Source: Mobula hypostoma (lineage: Eukaryota). Taken from it: a stretch of 64,000 nt of DNA. The stretch's first letter is position 1, and every line of letters begins with the position of its first letter. The DNA lies in contig NC_086098.1 in NCBI RefSeq assembly GCF_963921235.1, forward strand, positions 243,164,001-243,228,000, given 5' to 3'. A program made the translations under genes and the position numbers. Below the pieces are notes generated by a model that saw only the letters and a list, made by a program, of their open reading frames with translations, did not search any database and was not told the DNA's origin. Positions 47,208-59,200 of this stretch are shown one piece after another.

Positions 47208-50200
47208 GTGAGTAGCAGCTCCCGGGCAAGGGCCGTTACCATGGAGATTTGCCCTCGGATCCCACACCCATCGGGGGTCGGGTGGGTCTGGAAGGGCGAA
47301 GGGAGGATGGTGTCAGGAGAAGAGGGGGTAGGCAGAGGGGAGGCTGGAAGGGACGACCATCGGGTGAGGGGTTGGCCAAGCCCTAAGCAGTGGTGGGCAA
47401 TGAGGGGCCGCAGCCAGCCCGCGGGAATGAGGAGACGGAGGAAATGGGAAACTTGAAGGAGTGAGGTGGAAGAACAACCTAAATCAGGGTGGGTAGTGTG
47501 GATGGGCAGTTGGAGAGATGAGACTTCGGCTGAGGGGGAGGCGGAGGGACCGGGACCCGGGGCTGAGGGGAAGGCGGAGGGACCGGGACCCGGGGCTGAG
47601 GGGAAGGCGGAGGGACCGGGACCCGGGGCTGAGGGGGAGGCGGAAGGCGGGAGGGACCGGGACCCGGGGCTGAGGGGGAGGCGGAGGGACCGGGACCCGG
47701 GGCTGAGGGGAAGGCGGAGAAACCGGGACTGAGGGGGAGGCGGAGGGACCGGGGACCGGGACCCGGGGCTGAGGGGGAGGTGGAGGGACCGGGACCCGGG
47801 GCTGAGGGGGAGGCGGAGGGACCGGGACCCGGGGCTGAGGGGGAGGCGGAAGGCGGGAGGGACCGGGACCCGGGTCTGAGGGGGAGGCGGAGGGACCGGG
47901 ACCCGGGGCTGAGGGGGAGGCGGAGGGACCGGGACCCGGGGCTGAGGGGGAGGCGGAGGGACCGGGACCCGGGGCTGAGGGGGAGGCGGAGGGACCGGGA
48001 CCCGGGGCTGAGGGGGAGGCGGAGGGACCGGTACCCGGGGCTGAGGGAGAGGCGGAGGGACCGGGACCCGGGGCTGAGGGGGAGGCGGAGGGACCGGGAC
48101 CCGGGGCTGAGGGGAAGGCGGAAGGCGGGAGGGACCGGGACCCGGGGCTGAGGGGGAGGCGGAGGGACCGGGACCCGGGGCTGAGGGGGAGGCGGAGGGA
48201 CCGGGACCCGGGGCTGAGGGGGAGGCGGAGGGACCGGGACCCGGGGCTGAGGGGGAGGCGGAGGGACCGGGACCCGGGGCTGAGGGGGAGGCGGAGGGAC
48301 CGGGACCCGGGGCTGAGGGGGAGGCGGGAGGGACCGGGACCCGGGGCTGAGGGGGAGGCGGAGGACCCGGGGCTGAGGGGGAGGCGGAGGAACCGGGACC
48401 CGGGGCTGAGGGGGAGGCGGAGGGACCGGGACCTGGGGCTGAGGGGAAGGGGGGAGGCAGGAGGGACCGGGACCCGGGGCTGAAGGGAAGGGGGAAGGCG
48501 GGAGGGACCGAGACCCGGGGCTGAGGTGGAGGCGGAGGGACCGGGACCCGGGGCTGAGGGGGAGGCGGAGGGACCGGGACCCGGGTCTGAGGGGGAGGCG
48601 GAAGGCGGGAGGGACCGGGACCCGGGGCTGAGGGGGAGGCGGAGGGACCGGGACCCGGGTCTGAGGGGGAGGGGGAGGCGGAGGGACCGGGACCCGGGTC
48701 TGAGGGGGAGGCGGAGGGACTGGGACCCGGGTCTGAGGGGGAGGCGGGAGGGACCGGGACCCGGGGCTGAGGGGGAGGCGGAGGGACCGGGACCCGGGGC
48801 TGAGGGGGAGGCGGAGGGGCCGGGACCCGGGGCTGAGGGGAAGGCGGGAGGGACCGGGACCCGGGGCTGAGGGGGAGGCGGAGGGACCGGGACCCGGGGC
48901 TGAGGGGGAGGCGGAGGGACCGGGACCCGGGGCTGAAGGGAAGGGGGAAGGCGGGAGGGACCTGGACCCGGGGCTGAGGTGGAGGCGGAGGGACCGGGAC
49001 CCGGGGCTGAGGGGGAGGCGGAGGGACCGGGACCCGGGGCTGAGGGGGAGGCGGAGGGACCGGGACCGAAGGGAAGGGGGAAGGCGGGAGGGACCGGGAC
49101 CCGGGGCTGAGGTGGAGGCGGAGGGACCGGGACCCGGGGCTGAGGGGGAGGCGGAGGGACCGGGACCTGGGGCTGAGGGGGAGGCGGAGGGACCGGGACC
49201 CGGGGCTGAGGGGGAGGCGGAGGGACCGGGACCCGGGGCTGAGGGGAAGGGGGAAGGCGGGAGGGACCGGGATCCGGGGCTGACGGGGAGGCGGAGGGAC
49301 CGGGACCCGGGGCTGAGGGGGAAGGCGGGAGGGACTGGGATCCGGGACTGAGGGGGAAGGCGGGAGGGACCGGGATCCGGGGCTGAGGGGGAGGCAGAGG
49401 GACCGGGATCCGGGGCTGAGGAGGAGGCGGAGGGACCGGGAGCCGGGGCTGAGGGGGAGGCAGAGGGACCGGGATCTGGGGCTGAGGGGGAGGCGGAGGG
49501 ACCGGGATTCGCTGGGGTGGGGTTTGGAGGAAGGGGAGGCGGTGGTGGAGGGTCTGGGGGTGGGGGTCCGAGACTTGAGGGAGGCTCAAAGAAGGTGTCT
49601 CCTGTATCTGAAGGGGGTGGGGGGTAGGATTGAGCCACGGGAAGAGTAAAGAGGAAGAAGTGGGTATTGGAGGAGAGGGGAGCACTAGCCCTGTTGGAGT
49701 AAAGTCACAAATTGGGTTGGATTGAGGGGGTGAACGAGTAGTGGTCTTCGTTGATAAATAACGTGCTGACCCCATCGAGAGTCCAACTGTGTGACTGATA
49801 ACTCTGTCTCCATCAAGGATGCTGCCTTGTGCTACGATTCAGATCGCAGTGACACATACTCCGAGATCAACAACAATGTCCTTTTCCGTGAGGGGCAGAC
49901 ACTGCGAGGCCAGCCCACCTACACTCCTCGCCTCATTCTCATGGACCTCAAAGGTACGCCAGCAATCCATTTCTGCTTAAGTCAGATCTCCCAGCCAGAG
50001 TGCCAATGAGTGAGGTGCTGTGACGGTGTTGAGCTTTCCGAGTACAGGCCTCTGATCAGGGCGGCTTAAGACGCCCCATCTCGAAGGCAAATCTCTCACT
50101 CAATGACACAGCCTCTGGGCTGCTGTTATATTTGTTTCTGGTCACTACTGACATCTATGATACTGGCAGTGAGGAATTCAGTAATGGTAATATCTTTGAG

Positions 50201-53200
50201 ATTTTAACCCTGATTTATATGACATTAAACTTGTTTTGCAGCAGTACAGTTGAATGGCTCAAAATTACTCTAAAACTACAGACATAAACAGTGCAAATAA
50301 CAAGGTTGTGTTTATGGGTTCAGAAATCTGATGGCAGAGGGGAAGAAGCTGTTTCTGAATCAGTGAGTGTGGGTCTTCAAGCTCCTGTACCTCCTCCCTA
50401 TATGGTAGTAACAAAAACAGAGTTCTTTTGACGGCCAAACAAAAGGGATTCTGCAGATGCTGATAATTCCATTGATGCTGCCTGACCTGCTGAGTTCCTT
50501 CAGCATTTTGTGTGTGTAGCTGCTTGTGGTAGATGGTGTCTTCTTGAGACACCACTTCTTGACCATGTCCTCAGTGATGGGGAGAGTTGTATCTATAACC
50601 ACACGAGATTCTATAAACGCTAGAAGTCCAGGGCAACGCACACAAAATACAGGGAGAACTCAGCAGGTCAGACGGCATCCATAGAGAAGAACAAATAGTC
50701 AGTGTTTTGGGTTGAGACCCTTTGTGCTGAAACCCATCATTAGGCCAGTCCTGATGAAGAGTTCTGTCCAAAATGTTGACTCTTTATTCCTTTCCATAGA
50801 TACTGCTTGACATGCTGAGCTCTTCCTGCATTTTGTGTGTGTTACCCAGTCATTATAATGTCAGATACACTGAATTATCATTTTTCTGGCTGTATACCCA
50901 GAAGACTGGGTGTTCGAGGGTGAAGATATACACCGAGATACTGAGGAAGGGTGAGATTCCACCAAGTGTGCTGAATGGCTCATTTCACAGATCAAGACTA
51001 GGAAGGAAGGGGCAAGAAGTTTGGGGGGGGGGTGAAAGGAGTACTCGCTGGTAGGTGAGGAGAAAGGTGGGGGGGGGGGAGTTGTCCCTGTGATGGAGCT
51101 AGCTGTGTCTACAACCTTCTGCAGAGAGTCTCTTTGATCCCATGGATTGGAGCCTCCATACCAGACAGCAATGCACTGTACATCTGTAGCAATTTGTAAA
51201 AATCTTTGGTAATATAACAAATCTTCTCACACTCCTAACAAATTCTCCTGTGGAACTGGTTTTGTGCAAATTAAGTGGAACCCTGAGCAGTCATAACCCT
51301 GACCACCTCTTGACATCACACAAACTTGGCAGTGACCGCCTCTTGACATCACACAAACTTGGCAGTGACCGCCTCTCGACATCACACAAACTTGGCAGTG
51401 ACCGCCTCTCGACATCACACAAACTTGGCAGTGACCGCCTCTCGACATCACACAAACTTGGCAGTGACCGCCTCTTGATATCACACAAACTTGGCAGTGA
51501 CCGCCTCTCGACATCACACAAACTTGGCAGTGACCGCCTCTCGACATCACACAAACTTGGCAGTGACCGCCTCTCGACATCACACAAACTTGGCAGTGAC
51601 CGCCTCTTGATATCACACTAACTTGGCAGTGACCACCTCTCGACATCACACAAACTTGGCAGTGACCACCTCTTGACATCACACAAACTTGTTAGTGACC
51701 GCCTTGTGACATCACACAAACTTGTTAGTGACCGCCTTGTGACATCACACAAACTTGGCAGTGACCGCCTTGTGACATCACACAAACTTGGCAGTGACCG
51801 CCTTGTGACATCACACTAACTTGGCAGTGACCGCCTCTTGATATCACACAAACTTGGCAGTGACCGCCTCTCGACATCACACAAACTTGGCAGTGACCGC
51901 CTCTTGATATCACACTAACTTGGCAGTGACCACCTCTCGACATCACACAAACTTGGCAGTGACCGCCTCTTGATATCACACAAACTTGGCAGTGACCGCC
52001 TCTTGATATCACACTAACTTGGCAGTGACCACCTCTCGACATCACACAAACTTGGCAGTGACCACCTCTTGACATCACCTAAACTTGTTAGTGACTGCCT
52101 TGTGACATCACACAAACTTGTTAGTGACCACCTTGTGACATCACACAAACTTGGCAGTGACCGCCTTGTGACATCACACAAACTTGGCAGTGACCACCTC
52201 TTGACATCACACAAAATAATACAACACAGGAACAGGCCCTTTGGCCCACAACATACTGCTGTAACAACTAAACAAAATCCTTCTGCCTACACAATGCTCA
52301 TATCGCTCCATTCCCAGACATCCATGTATCTGTCTAAGAGCCTCTTAAATTCCTCTGTCACATTTGCCTCCACTACCATACATGGTAGCCTGTTCAAGCA
52401 CCCACCACTTTCTGTATAAATAAAACCCTTTCAACTTGCCTCTCGCTCACCTTAGATGCACACCGTCTAGTATCTGACGTTTTCCCCCTCGAGAGATATT
52501 TCGGCAGTCCACCCTACCTGTGCCTCTCATAACCTTACATCTAGTCTCCCCTCAGTTCTTGCTGCTCCAGAGAAAACAACTCAAGTTTGTTATAGCTCAT
52601 GCATTCTAATCCGGGCAGCCTTTCAACAGCTTCCACATTCTTCCTGTAATGGGGCAGTATTTACCATATAACAATTACAGCACAGAAACTGGCCATCTCG
52701 GCCCTTCTAGTCTGTGCTGAACTCCTACTCTCACCTAGTCCCACTGACCTGCACTCAGCCCTTAACCCTCCATTCCTTTCCTGTCCATATAGCTGTCCAA
52801 TTTAACTTTAAATGACAACATCGAACCTGCCTCAACCACTTCTGCTGGAAGCTCGTTCCACACAGCTACCACTCTCTGAGTAAAGAAGTTCCCCTCATGT
52901 TACCCCTAAACTTTTGCCCTTTGACTCAACTCATGTCCTCTTGTTTGAATCTCCCCTACTCTCAATGGAAAAAGCCTATCCACGTCAACTCTATCTATCC
53001 CCCTCATAATTTTAAATACCTCTATCAAATCCCATCAACCTTCTACGCTCCAAAGAATAAAGATCCAACTTGTTCAACCTTTCTCTGTAACTTGGGAGAT
53101 GAAACCCAGGTAACATTCTAGTAAATCTTCTCTGTACTCTCACCAGTTTGTTGACATCTTTCCCATAATTCGATGACCAGAAGTGTACACAATACTCCAA

Positions 53201-56200
53201 ATTTGGCCTTATCAATGCCTTGTACAATTTCAACATTACATCCTAACTCTATACTCAATGCTCTGATTTATAAAGGCCAGCATACCAAAAGCTTTCTTCA
53301 CCACCCTATCCACATGAGATTCCACCTTCAGGGAACTATTCACCATTATTCCTAGATCCCTCTGTTCTACTGCATTCTTCAATGCCCTACCATTTACCAT
53401 GTATGTCCTATTTTAATTAGTCCTACCAAAATGTAGCACCTCACATTTATCAGCATTAAACTCCATCTGCCATCTTTCAGCACACTCTTCTAACAGGCCT
53501 AAATCTCTCTGCAAGCTTTGAAAACCTACTTCATTATCCACAACGCCACCTATCTTAGTATCATCTGCATACTTACTCATCCAATTTACCACCCCATCAT
53601 CCAGATCAATAATATATAGGACAAACAACATTGGACCCAGTACAGATCCCTGAGGCACACCACTAGACATAGGTCTCCAATCTGACAAACAGTTATCCAC
53701 CACTACTCTCTGGCATCTCTCAACCAGCCACTGCTGAGTCCATTTTAGTACTTCAATATTAATACCTAATGATTGAACCTTCCTAACTAACGTTCCGTGT
53801 GGAACCTTGTCAAAGGCCTTACTGAAGTCCATATAGACAACATTCACTGCTTTACCCTCGTCAATTTTCCTAGTAACCTCTTCAAAAAATTCAGTAAGAT
53901 TTGTCAGACATGACTTTCCACGCACATGTTGTACAAGGCTTGTGTTGTACTGCAATAGCCTGTAATGGGGCAGTGTTGTACTGCAATAGCCTGTAATGGG
54001 GCAGTGTTGTACTGCAATAGCCTGTAATGGGGCAGTGTTGTACTGCAATAGTCTGACTGAGTGTGTGACCAGAGCACTCAGTCTTTGTCACAATGTGATG
54101 ACTGGCTTTGAGATGATGGGGGCCACTCCACAGAGAAATTTCCATTGCTGCCTTTGGCACTTGTACGTCGCCAGTCATTGCTGAGGACAGGGAGATTGTT
54201 AAAACAGCTTTCATTGTTTACCTGCATCGGATCCATTGGTTATAACTCGTCTCTAACACTTACACAGTGAGCACTGAGGCAGTTTGGTGCCTCTGTTTAG
54301 ACACACCTTTCTGTAGTGTTCACCAACACGACGATGATTCCCTGACTCAGTGTAAAAGCACTAAAGAGTATGCAGAGCTGCAAAGTTCAATAGGTACATT
54401 TAATATCAGAGAAATGTATCCAGTATACATCCTGAAATTCTAGTTGGGGATTGAGCAGGAATACTAAACAGAGCATCTCATTGATAACCATGTTTGAACT
54501 ACCTGTTCAGAATCCGGTTTATAATCACTGACATGCGTTGGGCAGCAGTACAGTGCGAGACATTTAAAAAGAATCAAGTCAAGTACATAGTGCAAAAAGA
54601 GCTAAATAGTGAAGCAGTGTTGGTGGATTCACACTCCGTTCAGAAATCTGATGGCAGAGGGGAGGAAGTTGGTCCTAAAATGTTGAGTGTGTGTCTTCAG
54701 GCTCCTGTGCCTCCTCCCTGGTGGTGGTAATGAGAAGGGTGCGTGTCCTGGGTAGGCTCCTTCACGAAGGACACAGCCTTCCTGAGGCCTTGCCTTTTGC
54801 ATATGTCTTTAATACTGGGGAGGCTGGTGCCCATGATGGAACTTGCTGAGTTTGTAGCTTTTCTGAGCCCATGCATTGGATCCCACATACCAGTCAGATT
54901 GCTCTCCACAGTACATCCGTAGAAATCTGCTAGTCTTTGGTGACATACCTCACTCCTCAAACTTGGAATGAAATGTAGCCACTGTCATGCCTTCTTTGTG
55001 ATTGCATCGATATGTTAGGCCCAGGATAGATTCTCAAGCGATGTGGACGCCTGGGAACTGCTCACCCTTTCCGATGCTGGCCCCTCGACTTCCATCATGA
55101 CAGATTCAGTTGTGACTCTGTCTTCCTGCATGTGCTTCTCAATGTGATAGATGTGAAAGCATGTACAAGGACTGTATTGTTGTATTTTGATTTGGGAGGT
55201 CTCTTATCAGGCAGATGATTTTGGTTTGGGAGGACAATATCATGCAGGTTATTTTGATTTGGGAGGACTCTATCAGGCAGGTTACATGGAAAATTTTGGA
55301 AACATTGAACAATATCCGTGGAAAGAGAAACCTCACAATTCAGTTTGGAAGGCCCTTCATTTTGACAGCAGCACAAACTGCAGCCCTTCTCTTTACAGAT
55401 GCCACCTGACCCGCTGAGTGTCTCATTTCCTTTTTTTCCGGTTCTCGCGTCAACAGCTTTACCCTTCAGGGCTCCACCATCAGGATTGTAGTGGTGCAGC
55501 TGATGGCCTGCTGGGTGGAGGCTAATGGCCTTGCCTTGTGTGTTACAGGGAGTCTGAGCAGCTTGAAGCAGGAAGGAGTTCTGTATGGAGCCAGCCAGGC
55601 CGTGCCTGCACTAGCATGGTAAGGATTGGAGCCCTGGGTTCACTCTACGGGCCCTACTTGCTAAAATGCATCGTCCCTTTTGGGGCATAGGCCACCAAAG
55701 TCCCCTGCCCTGGGCCAGTCTTTCAAGTTGTCCCAGCTGTAACCCATCTTCAAAGATCCTCCTTCTCCCGGGGATGAGGTCTTTGGAGTTTCTGTAGCTC
55801 TCGATCTTTACAGGATGGGGTTGCTGGCCCCATTTGCAACCCGCCTCCTCCCACAGCCATTCTTGGGACATTCATAGCAGAATTTTGCTTTGGGTGAACG
55901 TTCTGTGGGCTCGCTCAGTACAATCATTTCATTAACGGTCTCCCATTATAGGGTCAGAGAGAGGTCCTAGTATGCATCACATCACCTTCACACGGATTAG
56001 GGACGGCGATGGTAAGATTGGGGTCATTTCCCACTGCTGTCTCAGGGGTTTGTAAGTTTTCCCTGTGGCCGCATGGGCTTCCTCGGGGTGCTTCAGTGTC
56101 CTCCCACATCATGAAGGTGTACGGGTTGGGTTTGGAAAATCCTAACCTGGTGGGCCGACACTTGTGGACTGACCCCAGCACATCCTCGTACTGCGTTGGT

Positions 56201-59200
56201 TATTAATGCAAACATTGCCTTTCACTGTATGCCTGGATGTACATGTGATCAATAAAGCTCATTTAGATTGCTGGGATGTTTGAGAATGTTACGTTCAGGA
56301 TGATGGGCAGGTTGTGTAAAGGACGAGATCACTCCATTTGGATCATGGGGCCTTCAGGTCAGCGTTTATCTGTATATCTGCGTGCACCTCCTGCTGGGAG
56401 GCTAAGCCTGTTACTTGCACTTGGGAATCCAACGACCACCCCATGTTTGAAATTCATTGTCCTTTTTCCGTGTTCTTAGTGTGGTTGGCTCTGAGGGTAC
56501 GGGAGCATTGTGGCCGACTGGGAGGGAGAGCTGTGCAGCAGCTGACCAACAGATGCTGTTTAAACTGTTCAACCATCTTGGCCTCAAGCCTGATCAGTGG
56601 AAGACCTTTGTGCAGCCTCTGAGGAGGATTGTGTGGTGTTAAAGTAAAAATAAAATCACTTGCCCTGTTCTGTTTTCCCCTTTTAATCCAGGAATGGGAG
56701 TCTGACTGTGCACAAAGAAGATCCAGTGACAAAGAACCAGTTTCTGCAGCAACTCAACAGGTTGGGTGTAAGTGTCTTGTTCTTCACCCTTTGGCCATCA
56801 GGTGGCACCGTGAGCTCAGTGAGTCCATCAACCAGAGATACAGCAGGGTAACAGGCCTGTGCTGCCCCATTACACCCATGTGACCAATTTACCTCTGACC
56901 CCTTGTGTCAGAGTACCTAGAGGAAACCCACTGGGAGAACGTATAGACAGCAGCTGGCATTAAACCCACATTACTGATATAATGCTGCTGCTGAGACCTG
57001 TTTCGGTCAGAGTTGACCGTGGATGTTGCATCCTAGCTGTCTAGATACACAAGCCTGGCCAGTACGATATGGAGAGCAAACTGTTGCCCATGTAGCAAGC
57101 TCCCCCTCTCCACGCATCTGATGAACCCAAAGGAACGGCAGAGGCCGAGAAGTTGCCGGTCTACATTGAACTCAATGTCGGGCTGCTTTAGGGACTCCAG
57201 CTCCAGATTTTTCCCTTGGGGTTTACTCCTGAAGCCTTCCCCATGCATGGGTATAGCCGCGAGGCAGCGAAGGTTTGAGATCAGAGTTTTCCTCCTTCTC
57301 GATGAGCTGCTAACCACAGCTGACGAGCCCCATCTGTCTGAAGCGACTACTTTTAAAGCGCCAGTAGCCCACGTTTGCCCCTCTGTCACTGAAAACAGTT
57401 CTGCCAGGCTTAGTAGCTAAGCCACGTGGAAAGGGCCAGGAGCTGGACTTGGTTGTCAGAGGCTATTTGAGGCACACATCATTGGAAGCATTTAATAGTT
57501 AATGGGAGCTTGTCCCATTACCACCCCCAGCTATAACAACCTCAAGGATTTCGGGTATAATAGTGTTAAACTAACCACTGAACTACCATGGTTGCAGCTT
57601 GGTTGTTGGCCAGTACAGTCCAATCGGCACGGCCATTCTTGGAGCAGTTTGTCGCATAGTTTGCAGTGTGGAAGAGTCATACTGTAGTGGCCCTCAGCCC
57701 AATAAGTCCATGCCATCCCTCAACTTTCACTTCCATCAACTCCCAGGTTCTCTACAGACAAGGTGCAGTTAACCTACCATCCCATATTCATTGGGCTGAA
57801 GGAGGGAACTGGTGTATCCTAGAGGAAAATTGTACAGTCACAGGTAGAACGTGTAAACTCCACGCACCGGAGGTCGGAATCAAAATCTGGTCCTGGGGCT
57901 GTGAGAAGTGACTTCTCATTCTGCATTGCTATTCTCCCCCCCCCATTTCACTGTGTCAGCTCACTCGGTTACAGGGGTAGTTTCGAGCCAGCCTTGTGGT
58001 TCATCTTCCATGCAGGAAGCTCCTGGGTCACCCCGGCGCTTACACTGCCTGATGCAACTCCTCATGGTCAGAGGAAATGAGGATGCACTTTCATTCCAGC
58101 ACAATCCTGGTTGCACCCTCCTGATCCATGGTTCAGGGTAGCGTCAGCGATCCCATGAGCTGCTCGGAGTACGGTCTCTGCATTCCTCGCCCAACCTGCT
58201 GAGAGCTGTGCCTAAACCTGCTCCTGAGATCAGCCATGGCAAGGTACAAGGATACATGGCCCTGGACTGTAGAGAGATTTCTTCATCCAAAGAGCAGTGA
58301 ACCTCTATCACAGAAGGCAGTAGAAGAGGAGTGAAATATGTTTGGGGTATTGAACTGAGTTCTAAGGCACTTGAGAAAATGGGGATGGCAGTGAATTTGG
58401 GTGATTAGCCATAATGGTATCATACAGTCAAATCAAGTTTATTGTCACATGTGCAAGTACAGTGAGTAACAGGAACAAGTGGTGGGGATTCTTGATAATA
58501 AAGACCATAAGACACAGAAGCAGCGTTGGGTCATTTGGTGCATCGAGTCTGTTTGGCCATTCAATCATGGCTGATTTAGTTTCCTTTTCAACCCCATTCT
58601 CCTGCCTTCTTCCCATGACCTTTGTCATCTTTGCACATCAAGAACCTATCAGCCTCTGCCTTAAAGATGCCCAATGACAGCCTCCAGAGCCATCTGTGAC
58701 AATGAACCACCCTCTGGCTAAAGAAGTTCCTCCTCATCTCTGTCCTAACTGGACGTCCGTCTACTCTGAGGCTGTGCCCTCTGGTCGTAGACTCTCGCGC
58801 TATTGGAAACATCCTCTCCATATCTACTGCATCGAGGCCTTTCAATATTCCATAGGTTTCAATGAGGTTCCCCTCTATTCTCTAAATTCCAGCGTGAGCG
58901 GGCCCAGAACCATCAGTGATAGGAGGGGTGTGCCTGTGATGTATCAGGCTGTGTCTACTTGGCAGCCTCTTGCATTGGAATTGCCCTAACAGACGCTGAT
59001 GCAGGATGCTTCTATTTTCTGTGTTTCCGGCTGCTGCGGAAAGCTTGTACAAGACAGATTCCTCTTCATCCGTATTATGTTGTCTTTCCACAGACCGATG
59101 CGCACAGTGAAAATGTCACCTCAACAACAGCCCAGGGAGCAGAGAGTGAGTGCCATCTGCCCTATGATACTGGTAGCTTCTCCACCTTGTCCCAATATCC

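Noticed and set aside
47479-49775. 719-aa and 763-aa proline-rich minus-strand ORFs
   Set aside because: Translations of the 33-bp minisatellite; open in two frames at once and antisense to an MSTO1 intron.
38507-52213. CRISPR-like regular arrays
   Set aside because: Head-to-tail repeats with no unique spacers, no cas genes, vertebrate context.
51227-52214. Cys/His-rich repeat peptides ([11 protein letters not shown])n
   Set aside because: Minisatellite translation; 32-bp variant units break the frame; no splice or promoter support.
55097-55172. Two adjacent hairpins as a snoRNA or miRNA candidate
   Set aside because: Stems short or imperfect and no properly placed H/ACA or C/D boxes seen.
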